Positions 1-8,354 of a stretch of DNA of 37,969 nt are shown in pieces. The position numbers and the translations under genes are program-made. The stretch comes from Sulfurovum sp. (GTDB taxonomy: Bacteria; Campylobacterota; Campylobacteria; Campylobacterales; Sulfurovaceae): the NCBI GenBank assembly GCA_015661795.1, contig DQVJ01000104.1, positions 1 through 37,969 of the forward strand. Direction: 5' to 3'. Numbering within the stretch: position 1 is the stretch's first letter; every line of letters begins with the position of its first letter. The notes under the pieces are model-generated. The model ran no database searches and had not been told where the DNA came from. It was given only the letters and a program-made list of their open reading frames with translations.

Positions 1-1298
1 ACTTCAGCTGTAGCATCAGCTATTATTTGAGCTCGTGAGGCATCGGGTTTTTCATGGAGAAGTCTAAAACTATTTTCTACAACTACTATGGTACCATCAA
101 CTATCATACCTATAGCGATTGCAAGACCTGAGAGTGACATGAGATTGGCACTGATACCATACCATTGCATCATCAAAAAAGCTATAAGCAAAGATATAGG
201 TAAAGAGAGAATAACGATAAAAGCAGATCGTAACTCAAAAAGAAATAAAAAGAGTATAATAGCAACCAAAATAGAACCCGTGAGTAGGGCAGAAGTCATG
301 GTATTGACTGCCTTTTGTGTAATCTCACTTCTATCATAGATAATTTCAATACTTACGCCATTAGGTAAAGCTGCTTCAAGCAATGGCATTTTCTCTTTAA
401 TAAGTTGTACCACTTTTGCAGCATTGGTTCCAGAACGCTGGAGCACCATACCAAAAACACGCTCTTTCCCATCAACTGAAACTGCACCAAAGCGAGGGGC
501 TCTCCCCACTTGAACTGTAGCAACATCTTGAATGGTGACTGCTTTTGCATCTTTAGTACGAATAACGGTATTGCGTATATCATCTAAATTTTGATAGAGT
601 CCAGCCCCACGTATAAGATACTGTTCACAGTTAAATTCTAAGTACTGACCACCAACTGATTGGTTAGATTTTTCCAGTGCACTGAGTATCTCATTATACG
701 TAACATCTACATTTTGTAGACGTTTTGCATCTATAAGAACCTCATAATGTTTTTCAAATCCACCCCATGAAATAACCTCTTCAACACCATCAACAGATTT
801 AAACAATGGTGTAACTGTATACTCATGCATTTGACGTAAATCACTGGGTGCGTAAACATTTTTTTCATCTTTGAGGGCATACCATAGTACTTGTCCAAGT
901 CCCGTAGTATTAGGACCCATCACTGGGGTTCCCCAACCTTTTGGGATATCTACAGTATTTAGTCTTTCTGTAACCAATTGACGTAAAAGATAAGTATCGT
1001 AGTCATCTTCAAAAAAGATTGAGACATACGATAATCCAAAGATAGAGTTAGAAAGTATCATTTTCACACCCGGTAAACCAGACATGGCAGCTTCTATTGG
1101 ATAAGTAATAAGCTTCTCTATGTCTTCAGCTGAATTACCTGAACTCTCTGTGTAGATAACCACTTGTTTTGGCGTGATATCAGGAAAAGCATCTACTGGG
1201 ATGTCATTGTAAGCTTTATATCCAAACCCTGAAATGGCTATAAACAGAGCAAGTATGAGAAATTTGTACTGTATCAGTACTTTAAAAAAACGGTTCAT
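1..1298 (-). CDS. czcA: CzcA/CusA-family heavy-metal RND efflux inner-membrane transporter (N-terminal ~432 aa; runs off the left edge)
   Basis: Not in the ORF track because it is truncated. Manual translation from ATG 1298 (SD GGAG upstream): MNRFFKVLIQYKFLILALF...IPVDAFPDITPKQVVIYT...AEDIEKLITYPIE...NLMSLSGLAIAIGMIVDGTIVVVEN, typical HME-RND motifs. Lies downstream of adaptor and TolC genes. Confidence 0.9.
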   Translation of the reverse strand, partial: MNRFFKVLIQYKFLILALFIAISGFGYKAYNDIPVDAFPDITPKQVVIYTESSGNSAEDIEKLITYPIEAAMSGLPGVKMILSNSIFGLSYVSIFFEDDYDTYLLRQLVTERLNTVDIPKGWGTPVMGPNTTGLGQVLWYALKDEKNVYAPSDLRQMHEYTVTPLFKSVDGVEEVISWGGFEKHYEVLIDAKRLQNVDVTYNEILSALEKSNQSVGGQYLEFNCEQYLIRGAGLYQNLDDIRNTVIRTKDAKAVTIQDVATVQVGRAPRFGAVSVDGKERVFGMVLQRSGTNAAKVVQLIKEKMPLLEAALPNGVSIEIIYDRSEITQKAVNTMTSALLTGSILVAIILFLFLFELRSAFIVILSLPISLLIAFLMMQWYGISANLMSLSGLAIAIGMIVDGTIVVVENSFRLLHEKPDASRAQIIADATAE

Positions 1299-1307
1299 AC
1301 TATACTC

Positions 1308-2507
1308 CTAGTGAGCATGTTCGCCAAGAGAAGACTTCAGTAACATAGACTTCACAAAGTAAACACCATCTGAGACATATTCTTCATCAACGTTTAAACC
1401 TTTAACGGCCACTTCATCACCAACATAAGTAATAATTTCAACTACTTTTGCTTCATAAGGTGCCTCCTCTTCCTCATGTTTACTATGTCCTTCCTCTCCT
1501 TCATCATGGTCATCATGTGATTCTTTCTCTTCTTTGTGGGCATCATGATTATCATGCTCATCATGTTCTGCTGTCTCTTCATCATGATTATGGTCTGATT
1601 TGTCATCATGGTGTTCAGCTTCTTCATGTTCTTTCTCCACAAAAACCACCCATTCACCTTTATAAAGTGTTAGGGCGGTCTTTTTTACCATCACTACCTT
1701 TTGTGTAGGAGCTAAAGAGATATCCATCTGAGTGAATGCACCTAAAAGAAGGTTTGAAGGACTATTTTCTATACGAAAAAGTACTTTTGCACGCTGTGTT
1801 TCTTGGTCTATATTTGGCATAAGTTGGACAAAAGTGGCATCGTAACTTTTATCTGCTATTTGTATCCATCCTTTTGTATCTTTGGAAACATGCATCGCAT
1901 GAGTAGCAGAAATATATGCCGTTGCATAATAGGCATTTTGACTCACCAATGTGACCAGTTCAGTTTGGGCATTCACATTCGTATGTAAAGGGGAAAGAAT
2001 CGTGCCTACTGTACCATCATCATGTGCGTAGAGTATAAATTGATCGGTGGCTTCTTTAAGTGTTTTTGGATTTAAACCCAATGAACTTAACTGTGAAGCC
2101 AATGTATTTTGTTGACTACGAATATTTTCAAGGGCGATGATAGCATCACTTAGTTTGTTCTGTGATGTCAATCCTTTTTTATGTAAAGTCATTGCAGTCT
2201 GTTTTTGTTTTTTTGCTGCTTCAAGTTGCTTTATGAGTGCTAAATATTCAGCAGTCATTTTAGAGAGTTCGATAGATTCTATAAGGACTACTTTATCTCC
2301 TTTTGATACATGTTGACCTGGCTTTACATAGTAAGCTTCCAAGTGTCCAGAAAGACGAGAAACAATGGTCTGTTTTTGGTCGGAGAGTTGTGTAATTTGT
2401 GCATTAGTTTGTAGCACTTTACCTAGAGGTTTTAACTGAGTATGTTCTACCTTAATACTCGAAGATGAAGCCAAAAGAGGTAAAACTAAAAGTAAATATT
2501 TAATCAT
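1308..2507 (-). CDS. czcB: RND efflux periplasmic adaptor (CzcB/CusB-like) with His/Glu/Asp-rich insert
   Basis: Signal peptide, lipoyl-like half motif (VKPGQHVSKGD), coiled coil, IDQETQRAKV; sits between TolC and RND genes. Confidence 0.85.
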   Translation of the reverse strand: MIKYLLLVLPLLASSSSIKVEHTQLKPLGKVLQTNAQITQLSDQKQTIVSRLSGHLEAYYVKPGQHVSKGDKVVLIESIELSKMTAEYLALIKQLEAAKKQKQTAMTLHKKGLTSQNKLSDAIIALENIRSQQNTLASQLSSLGLNPKTLKEATDQFILYAHDDGTVGTILSPLHTNVNAQTELVTLVSQNAYYATAYISATHAMHVSKDTKGWIQIADKSYDATFVQLMPNIDQETQRAKVLFRIENSPSNLLLGAFTQMDISLAPTQKVVMVKKTALTLYKGEWVVFVEKEHEEAEHHDDKSDHNHDEETAEHDEHDNHDAHKEEKESHDDHDEGEEGHSKHEEEEAPYEAKVVEIITYVGDEVAVKGLNVDEEYVSDGVYFVKSMLLKSSLGEHAH

Positions 2508-3675
2508 TGTATTGTCCTTGTATAAAACGGAGTTCTATTTTTTGTGTGTTAATCATTTTTTGTGTTTGAAGTAGTGACTTTTGTGTTTGAATGAGTTTAT
2601 TCTTGGTATCCATCATCACAAAGATAGAACCTTGTGCTATTTCATATCCCTCTTTAAGAAGTAAGTAGAGTGTATGTTGTTCTTTTTTAAGCCCTTTGAG
2701 AGCATAGTATTGTTCTGAAAGTTCTTTGATAGACGCCTTAAGCATTTTTGCTTGTGTAAACAAATCAATCTCGAGCTGATCCTTGTCAAGGCTAAGTTGC
2801 TGTGCTTGAAGTTTAGCAAGTTGTTTCTCTTCAGATTTGGTATTAAATACAGGGATAGGGATATTAATACCCACTCTTAGTATAGACTGATCTGGTTCAT
2901 TTTCTATACCACCATATACTTGATAACTGTTAATAATACTATCATTCATACGCATTTTACTTTTCATAAGCTTTGTTTGTGCATCAAGTATTTTCTGCTT
3001 GGTGTTTGTTTTTATTTCATTGGTATTTTTACTAGAGACAGGATAAATAAAGTGTTTCTCCAAAGAGACACTTTTTTTAAGTCCTGCAATAGACAAGAGC
3101 TGATAATAAAGTATTTTTAACACTTGTCTTGTAGTATACATTTGTGTTTTCAAAGCAATCGTATCTGTTTTGGCCTGAAGATAAGAGACTCTGTTTTCAG
3201 AACCATTATCATATCTCTGCTTTACAATATCAGTAACTTGTTTTGAAAGTTTATATTCATCTTCAAGTAGCGCTAAGAGTTTATTTTGGTAGACATATTC
3301 TGTATAAATTTTTTCAAGTGTACTGATGTAGCCCGCTTTACCATCCTGTACATAAGCATTTTGTAATAAAGATTGAGCAGAAGCTTGATCTTCCTGTGCA
3401 CCATAGTAGTTACCTATACGTATACTTTGTGTGACAAATGCAGCATAGTTGTAACTTGTACTGATTTCTTTAGGATTGAATCGTGAAAGTTGAAGTCCTA
3501 GTGTTGGGTTTTGTGAACGTAATAATATGTTATTCTGCTCTTGCACCACTTCTAATGATAATGCCTGTCTTTGTAGAAACTTGGCATTTTTAAGTGTCAG
3601 TTTTTTGAATTTTTCATAACTCATACCAAAAGAAAAGAGTGAAAAAGTCAAAAAAATCATAATGATTTTTTTCAT
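2500..3675 (-). CDS. TolC-family outer-membrane efflux protein (CzcC-like)
   Basis: Signal peptide, helical repeats, GINIPIPVFN motif; first gene of a C-B-A triad. Confidence 0.8.
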   Translation of the reverse strand: MKKIIMIFLTFSLFSFGMSYEKFKKLTLKNAKFLQRQALSLEVVQEQNNILLRSQNPTLGLQLSRFNPKEISTSYNYAAFVTQSIRIGNYYGAQEDQASAQSLLQNAYVQDGKAGYISTLEKIYTEYVYQNKLLALLEDEYKLSKQVTDIVKQRYDNGSENRVSYLQAKTDTIALKTQMYTTRQVLKILYYQLLSIAGLKKSVSLEKHFIYPVSSKNTNEIKTNTKQKILDAQTKLMKSKMRMNDSIINSYQVYGGIENEPDQSILRVGINIPIPVFNTKSEEKQLAKLQAQQLSLDKDQLEIDLFTQAKMLKASIKELSEQYYALKGLKKEQHTLYLLLKEGYEIAQGSIFVMMDTKNKLIQTQKSLLQTQKMINTQKIELRFIQGQYND

Positions 3676-3682
3676 AGGTATT

Positions 3683-3740
3683 CCTGTAATGTAATATATG
3701 TAAATTTGTTCTAAAAAGAACTAGGGTATGGTAGTACAGG
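3683..3740 (-). promoter_or_regulatory. Putative SD-sequestering mRNA structure in the czcC-like leader
   Basis: On the mRNA, CCUGUA (3740-3735) is complementary to UACAGG (3688-3683), which overlaps SD AGGA. Inner hairpin GUUCU-UUUU-AGAAC at 3721-3708. Confidence 0.5.
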
Positions 3741-4046
3741 TTAAACTATAGGAGGTCTGATGTTTCTTTGGGGAGATGGTGGAACATAAAAAGTAACTTT
3801 TTGTATAAAAGCTTCTTGTCTACTTATGTTATCTTCATTTAGCAAATGATTATCCAAGATAGCTATAAAGTGGAAAAGGTGATGCACATCACAAAGATCA
3901 CCACATTCTGTAGAATTACTCTGTTCTGCAACATACTCATGTGCTGACTCATGATGACACTCATCTTCTAGAGCAATGACAGTAGCATGGGCAATATTAA
4001 AAAATAATGAGAACAATAGTAAAAACTGTATCAAATTTTTTTTCAA
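3741..4046 (-). CDS. Small exported His/Cys-rich leader protein (CzcI/DUF2946-like) ending in RPP
   Basis: TTG start with AGGA SD; signal peptide ending AHA; ECHHESAH and ECGDLCDVHHLFH; C-terminus PPSPQRNIRPPIV*. Confidence 0.7.
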   Translation of the reverse strand: MKKNLIQFLLLFSLFFNIAHATVIALEDECHHESAHEYVAEQSNSTECGDLCDVHHLFHFIAILDNHLLNEDNISRQEAFIQKVTFYVPPSPQRNIRPPIV

Positions 4047-4070
4047 TTTCCTACCTTTATATTTAAATGT

Positions 4071-4099
4071 AGTCTATCCAAAAATAAATAATATGTAAA
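4071..4099 (-). promoter_or_regulatory. Sigma70-type promoter for the leader-czcCBA transcript
   Basis: TTTACA (4099-4094), 17-bp spacer, TAGACT (4076-4071) on the minus strand, 24 nt upstream of the TTG. Confidence 0.55.
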
Positions 4100-4106
4100 G
4101 AAAATA

Positions 4107-4678
4107 CTATATTTTTGCTTTATCATGATTAAGTATACATACATAATTACCTGAAGTACTTTCTATTTGTACCGTGCTGTGTTCTATACTAAATAGGTGA
4201 TGCATATCATCTTCAATTTTTTCTAACAAATCATTATTTGTAGGCATGGTTTCACAAAGAAGGTGTACAGTTAAAGCATTTTCTGTGGTACTGATAGCCC
4301 AAACATGTAGGGCATGGATCTCTCTTACTTCTGTTAAAGATAAAAAATATTTTTTGATTTCACTCACATTGACATCTGAAGGTACTGCATCCATAGAAAG
4401 GTTAACAGAGTCTTTATGTAACCCCCAAGTACTCACTAAAATCACTGCTACAATAACTAAACTAAGTACTGGATCTAGCCATAACCAGCCTGTAAACATA
4501 ATGGCTATACCCGCAATAACCACACCCAAAGAAACACCTGCATCAGTTATAAGTGCTAATGAGTCAGCCATCACACCATATATTGCTTCTATAATGACAA
4601 AAATAATATTAAGCGTTATGCCTATAGAAAAGCTTTATTATAATTTTTCACTTCATGATTATGATCCTGTCCCATCAT
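4107..4678 (-). pseudogene. czcD: CDF-family cation diffusion facilitator (CzcD-like), frameshifted and internally deleted
   Basis: AAGGA SD then ATG 4678 MMGQDHNHEVKNYNKAF; 1-nt frameshift near 4627-4631; then IGITLNIIFVIIEAIYGVMADSLALITDAG joined directly to VSLGVVIAG...WLDPVLS...LHVWAIST. About 190 codons versus ~300 for intact CDFs. Confidence 0.8.
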
Positions 4679-4699
4679 TTTCCTTTATTTTAACTAGGG

Positions 4700-5833
4700 T
4701 TATCCACAGCAGCTCCCACCGCTACAACTATCTTTTTTATCCAAATAGGACTTGGCCATATAATACAATACAAGTCCCCATAATATAACAGAAGATATCG
4801 TAGCGATAATGCCCCCTTCTTCATCCATCTGTATCAGTGAAGCAGGATCTATAGATGAAATGTCAAATATATAATCAAGTCCAAGCCCAAATATGATACT
4901 ACCTACAACGATACTTCCAAGATAAATAACCAAAGACTTCGTGCCCAACATCTTTTTAACCACACCTATTGTCACTGTGTTGGTAGCAGGTCCAGCAGAG
5001 AGAAAGACAAAAGCAGCACCTGCACTCACACCAGAAAGCATAAGTCCCGCTGCTATAGGTAAAGATGCTGTTGCACACACATACATAGGTACAGCGATGA
5101 TAATCACCAGTAGGTAACTAAGCCATGTGTTCTCAGAGAAAAGTTCTGACAGGTTTTCAGGGATTGCGACAGTAATAAGGGCACCAACAATAAGACCCCA
5201 AAACAGAGGTTTTGCAATATCTCCCAGTAATGTACCAAAGGCATATTTCATTGCAGCTACAAATGAAAATTTTTTATTTTCATCGCCACTGCCAACACAA
5301 CATGATCCTTCACCTGTAGCACATGATTCTTCCTCTCCTTTGGGTTTTTTCATAATAAATTCTGCAGATGCTTGTGGTGATACAGCTGAAAATAGAGGTT
5401 TTTTTATTTCTAGAACTTCATCATCCTTATCAAATATATTAGTCAATATACCCGCTACCATAGCAATTATCATGGAGGTAATAGCACGGTAAATAGTAAA
5501 TATCCAGCCAAATATACCATACGTCGCCAATATAGAGTCCACTCCAGTTATAGGTGTAGAAATAAGAAAAGAAAGTGTAGCACCTTTTGATGCACCAGAC
5601 TTCTTAATAGAAGTAGCCAAAGGAATAACACCACAAGAGCATACCGGTAAAGGGATACCAAAGACAGTAGATTTAAGTACTGAACTCACATTATCTTTTC
5701 CAAGATGTTTTGTCACAATACTCTCAGGCACCAGTTCATGTAAAATACCTGCAAACAATAGGCCAAAAAGTATATACGGTGCCATCGCAATACTCAGTTG
5801 CCAAAGAGCCTCAAAAAAATAAGTTATTTCCAT
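4700..5833 (-). CDS. SO_0444 / DUF318 (ArsP_1)-family permease, probable Cu/Zn transporter
   Basis: LPVCSCGVIP, FLISTP, YVCATAS and FLSAGP motifs; multiple TM segments; Cys-rich loop and tail. Confidence 0.8.
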   Translation of the reverse strand: MEITYFFEALWQLSIAMAPYILFGLLFAGILHELVPESIVTKHLGKDNVSSVLKSTVFGIPLPVCSCGVIPLATSIKKSGASKGATLSFLISTPITGVDSILATYGIFGWIFTIYRAITSMIIAMVAGILTNIFDKDDEVLEIKKPLFSAVSPQASAEFIMKKPKGEEESCATGEGSCCVGSGDENKKFSFVAAMKYAFGTLLGDIAKPLFWGLIVGALITVAIPENLSELFSENTWLSYLLVIIIAVPMYVCATASLPIAAGLMLSGVSAGAAFVFLSAGPATNTVTIGVVKKMLGTKSLVIYLGSIVVGSIIFGLGLDYIFDISSIDPASLIQMDEEGGIIATISSVILWGLVLYYMAKSYLDKKDSCSGGSCCG

Positions 5834-5862
5834 ATCTATATACCCTTCATCAAATCAATTTT

Positions 5863-5877
5863 TATGATAGTATCATA
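5863..5877. promoter_or_regulatory. 7-1-7 palindrome overlapping an extended -10 of the permease gene (candidate metalloregulator operator)
   Basis: TATGATA-G-TATCATA; the minus strand reads TGaTACTAT within it. Confidence 0.5.
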
Positions 5878-5888
5878 TTATTTTGATA

Positions 5889-6776
5889 TTAACAAACATT
5901 ACAAAAAAGAGTTGTGTTATGTTTTTCATGCCATGAGATAATGTACTCCCATGCCTCATCAGCACTGTCACTATAGGTGATAAGGTTAAGATCATCTTCT
6001 TGTATGACATCTTCTTCGAGTAAAAATTCTAAGTTGATAACCTTTTCCCAGTATTCTTTACCCAAAAGTACAATGGGAATCTTTGGACTTTTTTTAGTTT
6101 GAATAAGTGTCAAAATATCAAAAAGCTCATCCAATGTACCAAATCCACCAGGAAAAATAACCAAAGCTTTAGCCCGATGCATAAAATGTAACTTACGCAC
6201 GGCAAAATAACGAAACTGGAAACAAAGTGCAGGTGTAATGTAGGGATTGGGAAACTGTTCATGGGGTAGTTCTATATTTAGTCCTATAGACTTGGCACCA
6301 ACCTCAAATGCACCACGGTTTGCAGCCTCCATAATACCAGGACCACCACCTGTCATCAGTGTCACATAACAATCACATGGGCCACTACCGCTTTTACCTA
6401 CAATCTGACCAAATTTGCGTGCCTCTTCGTAGTAAAAACTTTTTCTTACCATACTTTCAGCTTTTTTAAATAAAGTAATATATTTCTTTTCACCTGGAGA
6501 TTGTTTTAATTTTTTTTCCATCTTTTGTAAGACTTCTATCGCTGTATCAAACTCTACAATCCTGGCACTTCCAAAAACAACTATGGTATGTTCAATGCCT
6601 TGTTCTCTCATTTTCACTTCTGCTTTTAGGTAATCAAGTTGAAGCCTTACACCTCTTGCATCATTTGAATTTAAAAAATCTTTATCTTCTTCTGCAACCT
6701 GATAACTAGTATCATTCATAATCGTTTCAATCTGTTTAAGAGTTTTTGCATTTTTGTTTACTTCTTTTTTCATCAT
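5889..6776 (-). CDS. LOG family (TIGR00730-like) nucleotide phosphoribohydrolase
   Basis: VFGSAR, GGGPGIMEA, RK and PGGFGTLDE motifs. Confidence 0.85.
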   Translation of the reverse strand: MMKKEVNKNAKTLKQIETIMNDTSYQVAEEDKDFLNSNDARGVRLQLDYLKAEVKMREQGIEHTIVVFGSARIVEFDTAIEVLQKMEKKLKQSPGEKKYITLFKKAESMVRKSFYYEEARKFGQIVGKSGSGPCDCYVTLMTGGGPGIMEAANRGAFEVGAKSIGLNIELPHEQFPNPYITPALCFQFRYFAVRKLHFMHRAKALVIFPGGFGTLDELFDILTLIQTKKSPKIPIVLLGKEYWEKVINLEFLLEEDVIQEDDLNLITYSDSADEAWEYIISWHEKHNTTLFCNVC

Positions 6777-6850
6777 CTATCCTCTTATTTAATTATACAT
6801 ATTTTTTTAAAATTTTATATAGAGTGTCCTATTTAATGTTATAATTTTTT

Positions 6851-7843
6851 ATGAAAGAGATAAAAATGAAAAATATAGCTATAGTCTGTTCAGGTGGCGA
6901 TGTCTCAGGAATGAATGCTGCACTAAAACGTTTTGTAGAGTACAGTATAGTAAAGGGACTTAGACCATATTTTGTCTATAATGGTTATGAAGGTCTCATT
7001 GACAATACTATAGGAAAAGCCACATACAGCGATGTATCGGGTATCATTTCAAAAGGTGGAACGAAAATACAAACATCACGTTCTACACGCTTTTTAGAAA
7101 AATCATATAGAACAAAGGCCATTGAGAATTTAAAATCTCATAATATCACCTCTGTGATTGTTCTTGGTGGAGATGGTTCTTTTAAAGGGATGCAAAAACT
7201 TTTCCAAGAGAGTACTGATATATCGTTTTCTGGTATTCCCGCAACTATTGATAATGATATCGCAGGAACAGACTATTGTCTTGGTGTCGATACGGCATTA
7301 AATGTCATCAAGTTTTCTATAGACTCTATACGAGACACTGCCTCTTCATTTAATCGTGCCTTCATTGTAGAAACGATGGGGAGGGAGTGTGGCTACTTGG
7401 CTTTGGTTTCAGCCATAACATCAGGTGCAGAACTCTGCTTGATACCTGAGGTACCCTATACATTGGATACATATAAATCATCCTTTAAAAAACAGATAAA
7501 AGAGGGGAGAACCTACTTCTTGGTCGTCATGTCTGAAGCATTAGATAAAGCTGAAGAGACTTCTAATTGGTTTGAAAAAGAATTAGGTATAGAGTCCCGT
7601 GTGACTGTATTGGGACATATACAACGTGGAGGCAATACAACTGTACACGACAGACTTATGGCTTTTCATTTCATTTCAGAGTCTATAAATGGTTTACTGG
7701 CTGGAGAAAAATGTTCTGTGATATGTTACAGCCACTGTGGTTTCCAACATAAACCAATAGAAGAAGTTGCCTATCAAAAATCTCACATTAAAGATGAAAT
7801 ACTAAAGTTAGGATGTGGATTTTGGAACAAAAGTAAGCAATAA
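6851..7843 (+). CDS. pfkA: ATP-dependent 6-phosphofructokinase (start 6851 or 6866)
   Basis: SGGD..GMNA, GGDGS (Gly, ATP type), TIDND, ETMGR, LGHIQRGG. Confidence 0.9.
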   Translation: MKEIKMKNIAIVCSGGDVSGMNAALKRFVEYSIVKGLRPYFVYNGYEGLIDNTIGKATYSDVSGIISKGGTKIQTSRSTRFLEKSYRTKAIENLKSHNITSVIVLGGDGSFKGMQKLFQESTDISFSGIPATIDNDIAGTDYCLGVDTALNVIKFSIDSIRDTASSFNRAFIVETMGRECGYLALVSAITSGAELCLIPEVPYTLDTYKSSFKKQIKEGRTYFLVVMSEALDKAEETSNWFEKELGIESRVTVLGHIQRGGNTTVHDRLMAFHFISESINGLLAGEKCSVICYSHCGFQHKPIEEVAYQKSHIKDEILKLGCGFWNKSKQ

Positions 7844-7866
7844 AATACTTAAAAAAGGGGTACATA

Positions 7867-8346
7867 ATGCATGAAAAAGAGAAAAATAGTTCATTCTCAG
7901 AACCAGGACATGAATTGATTGATCACATCGATGATCCTTTTATAGCTTTTCTTCATAAAATCATACGCATAGCGGTGAAAATTTTAGCAGCACTCATGGT
8001 AATCGTTATAGTCTGGGGAATAGGGGATGTCATTTATGTTTTATATCAACGTCTTATAGAACCACCTTTTTTACTTTTGAGTATCAGTGATATCTTGGCA
8101 ACATTTGGTGCTTTTTTAGCAGTTCTTATTGCAATAGAAATTTTTATAAATATCACACTTTATTTAAAAACAAATGTGATTCCTGTTCGATTAGTCGTTG
8201 CCACAGCATTGATGGCTATTTCACGTAAAGTAATCATTTTTGATTTTACAGAAATAAGTGCTTTATTTGTTCTCAGTACTGCTGCAGTTGTCTTAGCCTT
8301 GGGAATAACTTATTGGCTTCTTAATAAAGAAATTGGACATGAATAA
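7867..8346 (+). CDS. Phosphate-starvation-inducible PsiE-family membrane protein
   Basis: Four TM segments; LIAIEIF and ALMAISRKVII motifs. Confidence 0.75.
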   Translation: MHEKEKNSSFSEPGHELIDHIDDPFIAFLHKIIRIAVKILAALMVIVIVWGIGDVIYVLYQRLIEPPFLLLSISDILATFGAFLAVLIAIEIFINITLYLKTNVIPVRLVVATALMAISRKVIIFDFTEISALFVLSTAAVVLALGITYWLLNKEIGHE

Positions 8347-8354
8347 GGAATGGT

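Noticed and set aside
88-583. Two short ORFs at the left edge
   Set aside because: Both lie inside the truncated czcA reading frame.
1442-1708. Met-rich and His-rich short ORFs
   Set aside because: Alternate-frame and antisense products of the CAT/GAT-rich insert in the adaptor gene.
4246-4788. 180-aa plus-strand ORF
   Set aside because: Antisense to the czcD remnant and permease end; composition is that of a shadow ORF.
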